Positions 6,411 through 13,285 of a DNA stretch of 30,199 bases are shown in pieces; position 1 is the stretch's first letter, and every line of letters begins with the position of its first letter. Position numbers and translations under genes: made by a program. Source of the DNA: a virus; the IMG/VR virus record IMGVR_UViG_3300027859_000002; one strand, given 5' to 3'. The notes beneath the pieces are model-generated. The model saw only the letters and a list, made by a program, of their open reading frames with translations. It had not been told where the DNA came from and searched no databases.

Positions 6411-6745
6411 ACAAAGAACTAGAGCCGGGAAGTGAATACAACAAGTACGATACTGACGGAGATGGCGTAGTAACAGACGCAGAGCTTGCCACTACTGAAA
6501 AACTCCAAGCCTTAGAGCTAAAAAACGAACGAGCAACGCAGCAAGCGTCTATGGCATGGTTTGGTCTATACGGCATGGTGGGTTATCCGGTGCTGGTAAT
6601 TGCGTCTCAGTATTTTAATTTAACTCAGGCTGCATCGATTCTTGGGGACATGGCGGCTGTGTATTTCGTCAGTACCGCAGGAATCGTCGGGGCATTCTTC
6701 GCGTCAGAATCGTTTAAGGCAAAAAACGGAAACGGTAAGCAATAA
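6407..6745 (+). CDS. EF-hand (DTDGDGVVTDAEL) protein with two C-terminal TM helices. Lysis-cassette component of unknown role.
   Basis: Residues 15-27 satisfy every position of the canonical EF-hand loop pattern. Two hydrophobic helices follow (MAWFGLYGMVGYPVLVIASQYF and AVYFVSTAGIVGAFFAS). The gene lies between the holin and the endolysin. Confidence 0.6.
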   Translation: MNKELEPGSEYNKYDTDGDGVVTDAELATTEKLQALELKNERATQQASMAWFGLYGMVGYPVLVIASQYFNLTQAASILGDMAAVYFVSTAGIVGAFFASESFKAKNGNGKQ

Positions 6746-6810
6746 TGGAAATACTGATCGCAGTTGGTTTTATTGTTGGTTATGTATTAGGGAAACACTA
6801 TGGGCGTTAA
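6745..6810 (+). CDS. Possible 21-aa single-TM micro-ORF.
   Basis: Hand-translated: MEILIAVGFIVGYVLGKHYGR. It has a TAATG overlap with the upstream gene and overlaps the endolysin start by 11 nt. There is no other support. Confidence 0.2.
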   Translation: MEILIAVGFIVGYVLGKHYGR

Positions 6811-7288
6811 CCTAGACCAGTTATACGAAGAGATTAAATCAGACGAGGGACTTGTCACAAACGACGAGGGCGAGTCTCTGATCTATAGGTGTACAGAGGG
6901 CTATCTGACTTGCGGCATTGGTCATAAGATCGTGGAGGGAGATGCAGAATATGGATTTGTTGAAGGCGATACAGTCCCAATGGACTCAGTTAAGCAACAT
7001 TTTGAGAAAGACGTTCAAACAGCTATTGAGGACTGTCGAGCGATTTATGGAGACGGATTTGATTCGTGGAGTGAGGAACGCTGCCATATCGTCACTAACA
7101 TGGCTTTTCAACTTGGTAGAAAAGGGCTATCTAGCTTTAAAAAGTTTAATGCGTACTTTCAAGAAGGAGCTTATGGCGGTGCGTCCTTGGAAATGATGGA
7201 TAGCAAATGGGCTTTACATCAAACACCAAATCGGGCCAAAAGATTGAGTAAACGAGTCCTAGCCTTAGCCAATGACCCTCGCGGATAA
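6800..7288 (+). CDS. GH24 (T4-lysozyme-like) endolysin.
   Basis: SDEGL...IYRCTEGYLTCGIGH aligns with T4 lysozyme [23 protein letters not shown]. There is no N-terminal signal or SAR helix. Confidence 0.85.
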   Translation: MGVNLDQLYEEIKSDEGLVTNDEGESLIYRCTEGYLTCGIGHKIVEGDAEYGFVEGDTVPMDSVKQHFEKDVQTAIEDCRAIYGDGFDSWSEERCHIVTNMAFQLGRKGLSSFKKFNAYFQEGAYGGASLEMMDSKWALHQTPNRAKRLSKRVLALANDPRG

Positions 7289-7682
7289 AGCAGACAAGTT
7301 AATAGAATTATGGGTGAGGGAACTGGCGCAAGAATCAGCCAACCCTTACAAGGCTCAGAGTCTCCTCGATGGACACTTTGCCTTAGAGGTGGGAGGAAAA
7401 AAAAATCCCTTGAAGTCATACATCAACGCAAAGGAAACGAAGTCCCCACCGAGGGATGTTATCAGTAGTGATTTAATTTTGATTGACTCGATTATCGGGC
7501 AGATTAGTAAGGTAAACAGTAAGTACCCTCTAGTCTTGAAGTGGTTTTATAGTACCGGGGACATGAAGCGAGTAGCGAAAGAGGCAAGCGTTAGCCTCAC
7601 TAAAGCAAGAGAACTAAAGAATACTGCATTTGATTTGGTGCAAGTTTTATTAGATGAAAAATTAGGAAAAAACTATGGTTAA
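7272..7682 (+). CDS. Q-type antiterminator-like late regulator (or sigma region-4-like HTH protein).
   Basis: It has LIELWVRELAQ near the N-terminus, then D(L)ILIDSIIGQISK...YPLVLKWFYSTGDMKRVAKEASVSLTKARELKNTAFDLVQVLL. This matches my recalled pattern for the Phage_antitermQ family: W..W, D.al.iD..v..L, ...Y..g.s.r.iA...g.s...v...l..a...v.g.L. Confidence 0.45.
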   Translation: MTLADKADKLIELWVRELAQESANPYKAQSLLDGHFALEVGGKKNPLKSYINAKETKSPPRDVISSDLILIDSIIGQISKVNSKYPLVLKWFYSTGDMKRVAKEASVSLTKARELKNTAFDLVQVLLDEKLGKNYG

Positions 7683-7782
7683 AAAGTTATGGGAAAAGAT
7701 TAAAAAATTGTTAGGCTTGACCCCGGAGGTTGAACCCCCAAAAGCCAAGCCCGGAAAAGGAAAAAAGAACAAGGGCAGATAA
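7675..7782 (+). CDS. Cationic amphipathic micro-protein (35 aa): candidate outer-membrane disruptor (disruptin-like).
   Basis: Hand-translated: MVKKLWEKIKKLLGLTPEVEPPKAKPGKGKKNKGR. AGGA lies 7 nt upstream of the ATG. Hand count: 12 K/R against 3 E. Hydrophobic residues fall at positions 2, 5, 6, 9, 12, 13 and 15, which is an i/i+3/i+4 amphipathic helix pattern. Confidence 0.4.
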   Translation: MVKKLWEKIKKLLGLTPEVEPPKAKPGKGKKNKGR

Positions 7783-7979
7783 AACCCTTTGCAAGACGTT
7801 TTTTATGATGTAAGGTATGGAAAGGTGCGACTGCTGACTCTTTCCCCCTTGAGGGAGTCTCAGCGTACCGGTGCATGAATCACCTTTTCATTGATGACAT
7901 GATAGGGGTTGGACCGAGCCGTAGCTTTGGGAGATAGTAGTAAAAGTTCTTCCTTCCCCTTGATTGTTTCGAGAATCCC
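7783..7979 (+). promoter_or_regulatory. Non-coding leader upstream of the late operon, containing a candidate late promoter and weak hairpins.
   Basis: No ORF longer than about 20 codons is present on the plus strand. Candidate promoter: TTGCAA (7789-7794)-N16-TAAGGT (7811-7816). Weak hairpin with a T-run: GGTG-catgaat-CACC-TTTT (7870-7888). The region lies directly downstream of the Q-like gene. Confidence 0.25.
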
Positions 7980-8114
7980 ATGACAAAACGAGTCGAAAGA
8001 AAACTCAAAAAAATAGCGAAGTCTCTGAACAAGGCAAGCAGGACTCATAAGGGCCAAGCCAGAGAGATCAACAAGATCGTTAAGAAAAAAGCCAAGGCAA
8101 GGCGCAGGAAATGA
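7980..8114 (+). CDS. Highly basic micro-protein (44 aa), the first ORF of the late operon.
   Basis: Hand-translated: MTKRVERKLKKIAKSLNKASRTHKGQAREINKIVKKKAKARRRK. Hand count: 20 K/R against 2 E. Its stop overlaps the next ATG (ATGA). The RBS is weak. Confidence 0.4.
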   Translation: MTKRVERKLKKIAKSLNKASRTHKGQAREINKIVKKKAKARRRK

Positions 8115-8449
8115 GTAGACGCATCCTTATTGACCCTCATAGGAATAGCTCACAAAACCGGAGCTACGGACAGAACGTAACTACTGAGATGCTGTATAAA
8201 GTAGACTTCAGTAACGCAGCCTCAGACCAGAGTACATCAGTCTCAGGCGTTACGGCCGAAAGCAAAGGCAGACAAGGGCTTACTCTTACAACTCCCTCAG
8301 TCAGTAGTAACGTGGCTAGTTTCTACGCAAGCTCGGCTCATTCCGGGGATGGGGTGATAAAAGTGACTGCGACTTATGCCAATGGAAAGAAAGACGCCAG
8401 CTTTATCAAAGTAAAGGTAAACAACCCAACAGACCACAGACACTTCTGA
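8111..8449 (+). CDS. Hypothetical protein (112 aa), Ser/Thr-rich and likely beta-rich.
   Basis: ORF track. It is translationally coupled on both sides, and I recognised no motif. Confidence 0.55.
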   Translation: MSRRILIDPHRNSSQNRSYGQNVTTEMLYKVDFSNAASDQSTSVSGVTAESKGRQGLTLTTPSVSSNVASFYASSAHSGDGVIKVTATYANGKKDASFIKVKVNNPTDHRHF

Positions 8450-8637
8450 TGACAGAAGAACTCAAGGGCAGAATTGAGATACTGGAACAGCAGCGAAACG
8501 ATGCGATGAACCAATGCGTTTTGTTAGGCGGCCAGATCAAACAGATGATTGAACAGATTGAAGCATTGAAGAAGTTAAAGGACTCAGAAGATGGCAATGA
8601 CGAGAGCGCAGACGAATCGGAAGATCAGACAGGATAG
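8449..8637 (+). CDS. Small coiled-coil protein with an acidic tail (62 aa).
   Basis: ORF track. It has a TGATG overlap, a heptad-like stretch (IEILEQQRNDAMNQ...IEQIEALKKLK) and the tail DSEDGNDESADESEDQTG. Confidence 0.5.
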   Translation: MTEELKGRIEILEQQRNDAMNQCVLLGGQIKQMIEQIEALKKLKDSEDGNDESADESEDQTG

Positions 8638-8887
8638 TCTGCGAGAACAACTTGCTAACCAGAAGCACATTGAGCAAGTCGTTGAGTCTATTAAAAAATT
8701 AGAGGAGCTGGACACTGAAATGGACAGTGTTGCAGTAAGTCGGATCAAAGGAGCCATCGACAGCAGGATCAAGCTCGTAAGTAAGTATTTACCCGACCTC
8801 AAGAGCATTGAGCTTTCCGGGGACGAAGATTACCCAGTTCAGATCGCAGCCTATGAAATCCAATTCAGTGATCAGCCTGAAACGTAG
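8591..8887 (+). CDS. terS: Probable small terminase subunit (98 aa).
   Basis: It lies immediately upstream of TerL and overlaps it. Its size and the C-terminal motif IDSRIKLVSKYLPDLKSIELSGD resemble small terminases of T7-like podoviruses (..LL.K.LPDLK..E..). Confidence 0.4.
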   Translation: MAMTRAQTNRKIRQDSLREQLANQKHIEQVVESIKKLEELDTEMDSVAVSRIKGAIDSRIKLVSKYLPDLKSIELSGDEDYPVQIAAYEIQFSDQPET

Positions 8888-10118
8888 GGTTCCAACCGCA
8901 TTCAAAGAACTGTACGAGCCTCACAGGATTAAATGTTATTGGGGAGGTCGAGGAGCCGGGAAATCGGTACAGATGGCTTCAGCCCTTTTACTAAAGGGAA
9001 CGGAAACCCCGAAAAGAATTCTATGCGCCAGAGAGATTCAGAGATCAATCAAGGATTCTGTTCACTCTCTCCTGGCATCGAGGATCGAAGCGTTAGGACT
9101 GGAAAGGTTCTACGAGGTAACTCAGAACGAGATTCGTGGAGTAAACGGCACGACGTTTATATTCACTGGACTCCTTGCGAATATCCAGTCGATCAAGAGC
9201 ATAGACAACATTGACCTTTGTTGGGTGGAGGAGGCGAGCTCGGTCAGTGAGAACTCTTGGAGGACTTTGATACCTTCAATACGAAAGCCCGGATCCGAGA
9301 TTTGGGTGAGCTTTAATCCAGAGCATAAGACAGACGCAGCGTACCAGAGATTTGTTTTGTATCCACCACAAAACGCAATGGTCAAGAAAGTCAGCTACCG
9401 GGACAATCCTTACTTTAGTCAAACGACATTGCCCGAAGAGATGCAAATCCTCAAAGATCAGAACGAGGAAGAATATCTCCATGTATATGAGGGCGAGCTA
9501 AAGCAATTCGTTGACGGATCGATTTATAGAAATCAACTTCAGCAAGCCAGAGACGAGGGCAGGATTTGTTGGTTCCCTGTCGAAAGCTTAGAAGTGCATA
9601 CATTTTTCGATCTCGGTCGTAACGATTCGACTGCAATATGGTTCATGCAAGCAGTCGGAAAAGAGTTTAGATTCATTGATTACTATGAACATAGGTTAGT
9701 GGATTTAGATCACTACGCTCATGTACTCAAGGAAAAAGGCTATCTCTACGGAACGCACTACCTACCTCACGATGTTGAGGTGATCTCGCTTGGAAGTAAC
9801 AACCGAAGCAGGAGAGACATCTTGGAAGGTTTAGGAGTGCATCCGATTACAACTGTTCCAAGGATAGCAAGCGTTGAAGACGGTATAGCGATGGTGCGAG
9901 ATAAATTTAAAGCTTGCTGGTTCCATGAGGAAAACTGCGAAGAAGGTTTAGAAGCTCTCTCAAACTATCAGTACCAGTTCGATGAGAAACATGACACATA
10001 CAGAAAAGTTCCTTTGCACAATGCAGCAAGCAATGGGGCTGACGCCTTCAGGATGTTTGCACAAGCATTTGAAGAAGATACTTACATTCAAGAACTCGAC
10101 TTTGCGAGTGAGTGGTAA
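8853..10118 (+). CDS. terL: Terminase large subunit (Terminase_3/PBSX-like).
   Basis: It has the Walker A motif YWGGRGAGKS, then LCWVEEAS (Walker B-like) and a C-terminal nuclease region (FFDLGRND..., HYLPHD, NGADAFR). The ORF-track start at 8808 is a TTG. I prefer the ATG at 8853 (MKSNSVISLKRRV...), but the start remains uncertain. Confidence 0.85.
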   Translation: MKSNSVISLKRRVPTAFKELYEPHRIKCYWGGRGAGKSVQMASALLLKGTETPKRILCAREIQRSIKDSVHSLLASRIEALGLERFYEVTQNEIRGVNGTTFIFTGLLANIQSIKSIDNIDLCWVEEASSVSENSWRTLIPSIRKPGSEIWVSFNPEHKTDAAYQRFVLYPPQNAMVKKVSYRDNPYFSQTTLPEEMQILKDQNEEEYLHVYEGELKQFVDGSIYRNQLQQARDEGRICWFPVESLEVHTFFDLGRNDSTAIWFMQAVGKEFRFIDYYEHRLVDLDHYAHVLKEKGYLYGTHYLPHDVEVISLGSNNRSRRDILEGLGVHPITTVPRIASVEDGIAMVRDKFKACWFHEENCEEGLEALSNYQYQFDEKHDTYRKVPLHNAASNGADAFRMFAQAFEEDTYIQELDFASEW

Positions 10119-12095
10119 ATGAAAAGAAACAGCGAACAACAAAACGAGATCGTCAAAGAGGCGTTGGAACGCTTTGAAACTGCGTCCGATGGGTGGTCAG
10201 ACATCTATGAGCAATCCGTTGCTGATGTGTCGTTTATCGATGACGATGAAGGCCAGTGGGAGGATTCAGTCCGAGAATCACGACACAATCGTCCTTGCTT
10301 AACTTTTGACAAGCTCTCTGCATCCGTTGACCGAGTTGTTGGCGGCCAGATGGCACAAATGCCCTCAGTCAAAGTCAGAGCCGCAGAGGAAGGCGATGAG
10401 GACATAGCTGAAGTCTACCAAGGGTTAATACGTCAAATCGATCAGAGAGGCTTACAAGCCTTTAAAACTGCATTTAAGTTTGCGGTTAAGTCTGGTTGGG
10501 GCTGCCTACTGGTGGATCACGACTACATCGATGACGTTTCTCTCGATCAAGACATTATCCTCCGAGAGATCAAGAATCCTTTTTCTGTACTTCTTGACCC
10601 AATTATCCAAGCGCAACACGTTCAAGAGGCTCGATTTGGCTTTATGTTTGAGGACATGGAGCGTAAGGAGTTCGAAAGGCTTTACCCCGAAGCAGAGACT
10701 TATCCGGGTGAAAGCGACTTTACTTCAACTGGAAACATGGATTCATGGGTAAGCGAGGACTTTGTTCGTGTAGCTGATTACTTCAGGATCGTGAACGAAG
10801 AGAGAACGCTAGTCCAACTGTCAGACGGACGAGTCCTAGACTTAGAAGAAGTCCAACCAGTTAGAGACGAGTTGAATCTGCAAGGCATCACACTAGGCAA
10901 GACAAGGAAGGTTCAAAAGCGAAAGCTAGAGCGATTCAAGATCAGCGGCATGGAGATACTTGAAGAAGTTGAGTGTGTTGGTCGGTTCGTCCCTCTTGTC
11001 CCGATGTTTGGTAAGACTTCCAACATCAACGGCCGGTACATCACAAGAGGCATTGTGCGCAAAGCTAAGGATGCTCAGAGACTTTATAACTACTCTCGAA
11101 GCGTAGCGGTTGAGGTTACAGCCCTTACTCCTAAACAGCCTTACTTCGTAACTCCAGCCATGATAAAAGGGCATGAGTCAAAGTGGAAGAACATGATGGT
11201 TTCAAACGACCCAGTGTTGCAGTTCAATTTTGACCAAGGGCAGAAACCGTACAGAGAATCCCCAGCACAAGGATCACCAGGACTCTTACAAGATGCTCAG
11301 TTTGCAGCCGAGGACATCAAAGCAACCACCGGGATATTCGATGCAAACATAGGACAGCAAGGTCAAGAGACGTCAGGCGTAGCAATCGGCCGAAGACAGT
11401 TTCAGGGCGAGATGTCTAACTTTGAGTACCAAGATCAACTCATTGACTCGATGGAGTTAGCCGGGAGGATTATGATTGATATGATTCCTGCCGTGTACGA
11501 CACCGAGAGAACAATCAGGATTATAGGCGAGGACGAGCGCGAGGAAACGATCAGCGTCAACAAGACTTTGATGGACGCTCAGACCGGGACATTCGTTAAG
11601 ACAATGGACTTGAACGCAGGAAACTATGACATCAAGATTGCAAGCGGCCCATCGTTTACAACTCGTAAGCAAGAAACAGCAGAACAACTGTCCTCAATGA
11701 TCTCTCAAAACCCTGCCATGAGCCAGTTGGTCGGAGACATTCTATTCCAGAACCTTGATTTAGTGGGAGGCGATGAAGCAATCAAACGTCTCAGAAGCGC
11801 AGGAGTTAAAGCAGGAATCATAGAGCCTAACCAAGAGGAGGCCGTTGCACTTCAGTCTCAGATACAGGCAAGCAAGCAACTAGAGCAACAAGCAGCGCAG
11901 TTAGAACTTGCATTAAAACAAGCAGAAGTTTCAACCGAAAGAGCCGAGGCAATCGAACGAGAGAGCAAAGCAGCGATGAACACGGTCAAAACAGCAGTGG
12001 AGCAAATGAAGCTCGCAGAAGCTCAAGAAGACTTAGAATCTAAGCAGATCGCTCAGATGAGATTACGTCAGTCAGTAGGACTCCCAGTTATTTGA
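10119..12095 (+). CDS. Portal protein (P22-like portal family).
   Basis: It is 658 aa and lies directly after TerL. The N-terminal motif DVSFIDDDEGQWEDSVRESRHNRPCLTFDKL is typical of this family, and there is a long C-terminal coiled-coil barrel (QLEQQAAQLELALKQAEV...). Confidence 0.85.
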   Translation: MKRNSEQQNEIVKEALERFETASDGWSDIYEQSVADVSFIDDDEGQWEDSVRESRHNRPCLTFDKLSASVDRVVGGQMAQMPSVKVRAAEEGDEDIAEVYQGLIRQIDQRGLQAFKTAFKFAVKSGWGCLLVDHDYIDDVSLDQDIILREIKNPFSVLLDPIIQAQHVQEARFGFMFEDMERKEFERLYPEAETYPGESDFTSTGNMDSWVSEDFVRVADYFRIVNEERTLVQLSDGRVLDLEEVQPVRDELNLQGITLGKTRKVQKRKLERFKISGMEILEEVECVGRFVPLVPMFGKTSNINGRYITRGIVRKAKDAQRLYNYSRSVAVEVTALTPKQPYFVTPAMIKGHESKWKNMMVSNDPVLQFNFDQGQKPYRESPAQGSPGLLQDAQFAAEDIKATTGIFDANIGQQGQETSGVAIGRRQFQGEMSNFEYQDQLIDSMELAGRIMIDMIPAVYDTERTIRIIGEDEREETISVNKTLMDAQTGTFVKTMDLNAGNYDIKIASGPSFTTRKQETAEQLSSMISQNPAMSQLVGDILFQNLDLVGGDEAIKRLRSAGVKAGIIEPNQEEAVALQSQIQASKQLEQQAAQLELALKQAEVSTERAEAIERESKAAMNTVKTAVEQMKLAEAQEDLESKQIAQMRLRQSVGLPVI

Positions 12096-12275
12096 TAACT
12101 ACTCTTTACCTCATTAGTAATTTAAGTTGGTATCACTTCAAAGACTTCAACGGTGACTACCAGATAGATGCGTGTTTAGGAACCAAAGCGCACATACAGA
12201 AGAACTTTAAGGTCAAGGGCGTTTGTTTATCACAGTGGGACGATATTCTTATCCTCGACAACAAGGTATATTTTA

Positions 12276-12566
12276 ATGGCAAAAAAAGATCCCAGACTTA
12301 CTAGGGCAGGAGTCACAGGATTCAACAAACCTAAGCGAACACCTAACCATCCGAAGAAGTCTCACATTGTCGTAGCAAAGCAAGGTGACAAGATCAAAAC
12401 AATTCGATTCGGACAACAAGGAGCCTCAACTGCTGGCGCACCGAAGAAAGGCGAAAGCCAAGCCACAAAGAACAGACGCAAATCTTTCAAAGCAAGACAC
12501 GCAAAGAACATAGCAAAGGGCAAGATGTCAGCAGCATTTTGGTCGGATAAGGAGAAATGGTCGTGA
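12276..12566 (+). CDS. Conserved Lys-rich small protein (96 aa).
   Basis: NKPKRTPNHPKKSHIVVAKQGDKIKTIRFGQQG...RRKSFKARHAKNIAKGKMSAAFWSDKEKW resembles a family I recall as widespread in aquatic phages and giant viruses (...KSF.ARH... motif). Its function is unknown. Confidence 0.65.
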   Translation: MAKKDPRLTRAGVTGFNKPKRTPNHPKKSHIVVAKQGDKIKTIRFGQQGASTAGAPKKGESQATKNRRKSFKARHAKNIAKGKMSAAFWSDKEKWS

Positions 12567-12715
12567 GCCTCTATAAAAACATTCATAAAAAACGCAAGCG
12601 CATAAAAGCAGGATCAAAAGAAAAAATGAGAAAGCCGGGAACTCCGGGCGCACCAACTGCCGCAGCTTTCCGTAAAGCAAAGAAAACCGCAAAGAAACCT
12701 AAATACGACAAATAA
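12563..12715 (+). CDS. Lys-rich micro-protein (50 aa).
   Basis: Hand-translated from a GTG that overlaps the upstream TGA (GTGA): (M)SLYKNIHKKRKRIKAGSKEKMRKPGTPGAPTAAAFRKAKKTAKKPKYDK. The NIH.KRKRI.AGS.E.MRKPG..GAP motif looks conserved. Confidence 0.5.
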   Translation: MSLYKNIHKKRKRIKAGSKEKMRKPGTPGAPTAAAFRKAKKTAKKPKYDK

Positions 12716-12725
12716 GGAAATCATT

Positions 12726-12839
12726 ATGCCAATGGTAAAAGGTAAGAAGTTCCCTTACACGAAAGAAGGAATGGCCGCAGCAGCAACGGCTAAAAAGAAA
12801 AAAAAGAAAGCTAAAAAGAAAGGTGGATACGACAAATGA
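12726..12839 (+). CDS. Lys-rich micro-protein (37 aa).
   Basis: Hand-translated: MPMVKGKKFPYTKEGMAAAATAKKKKKKAKKKGGYDK. Its stop overlaps the next ATG (ATGA), and it shares the C-terminal YDK with the preceding ORF. Confidence 0.45.
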   Translation: MPMVKGKKFPYTKEGMAAAATAKKKKKKAKKKGGYDK

Positions 12840-13285
12840 ATCAACCTATGAACCGCACTCCGGCTCAAGACTTGGTTATGTCTCGCAGAGAAACACCGGG
12901 AACAGGTACGGCAGGAGCTACTGCACTCGCTAACCAAATGACTATACCTCGCACGGCATTACCCTCGTCAACGCCTCAAACGAATATGCCTAAGCTACCT
13001 ATGAATTCTATGCAATTGGTCACAGGTAAGGACGGCAAGAAATACCAGATCGTGATTGACGACATCACAGGCTTACAAACTTTCATTTCCTATCGTGAAC
13101 CAGCAGGTCGAGGAATGGGGCAGATGCGTGGTATGGGCGAGATGCGAGGTACGGGACAAATGCCCGGAGGTTCTGGACAAGGCGGCAGGATGGAGCGCAT
13201 ACAACAACTTGCTAGTCGTATGGGGCAAATGCAAGGCCAGAATCCGACCAATCGTCTAAGTAGTCTACTGTCTGCAAGTGGCTAA
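12836..13285 (+). CDS. Met/Gly/Gln-rich low-complexity protein (149 aa).
   Basis: ORF track. It contains three tandem 18-nt units encoding MGQMRG/MGEMRG/TGQMPG, with further MGQMQGQ downstream. Confidence 0.6.
   Translation: MNQPMNRTPAQDLVMSRRETPGTGTAGATALANQMTIPRTALPSSTPQTNMPKLPMNSMQLVTGKDGKKYQIVIDDITGLQTFISYREPAGRGMGQMRGMGEMRGTGQMPGGSGQGGRMERIQQLASRMGQMQGQNPTNRLSSLLSASG
13115..13168 (+). repeat. Three tandem 18-nt in-frame coding repeats.
   Basis: The units are atggggcagatgcgtggt, atgggcgagatgcgaggt and acgggacaaatgcccgga. Confidence 0.8.

Noticed and set aside
7860-8057. A 65-aa minus-strand ORF in the leader upstream of the late operon.
   Set aside because: It is antisense to the small basic plus-strand ORF that is translationally coupled to the late operon. 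It has no RBS and is isolated on the opposite strand from all neighbouring genes.
12092-12304. A 70-aa TTG-initiated ORF filling the gap after the portal gene.
   Set aside because: It has no ATG or GTG, no RBS and no internal Met. It would overlap the next gene by 29 nt, and the sequence has no recognisable features. I treat the region as a non-coding gap of about 180 nt, but this is not certain.
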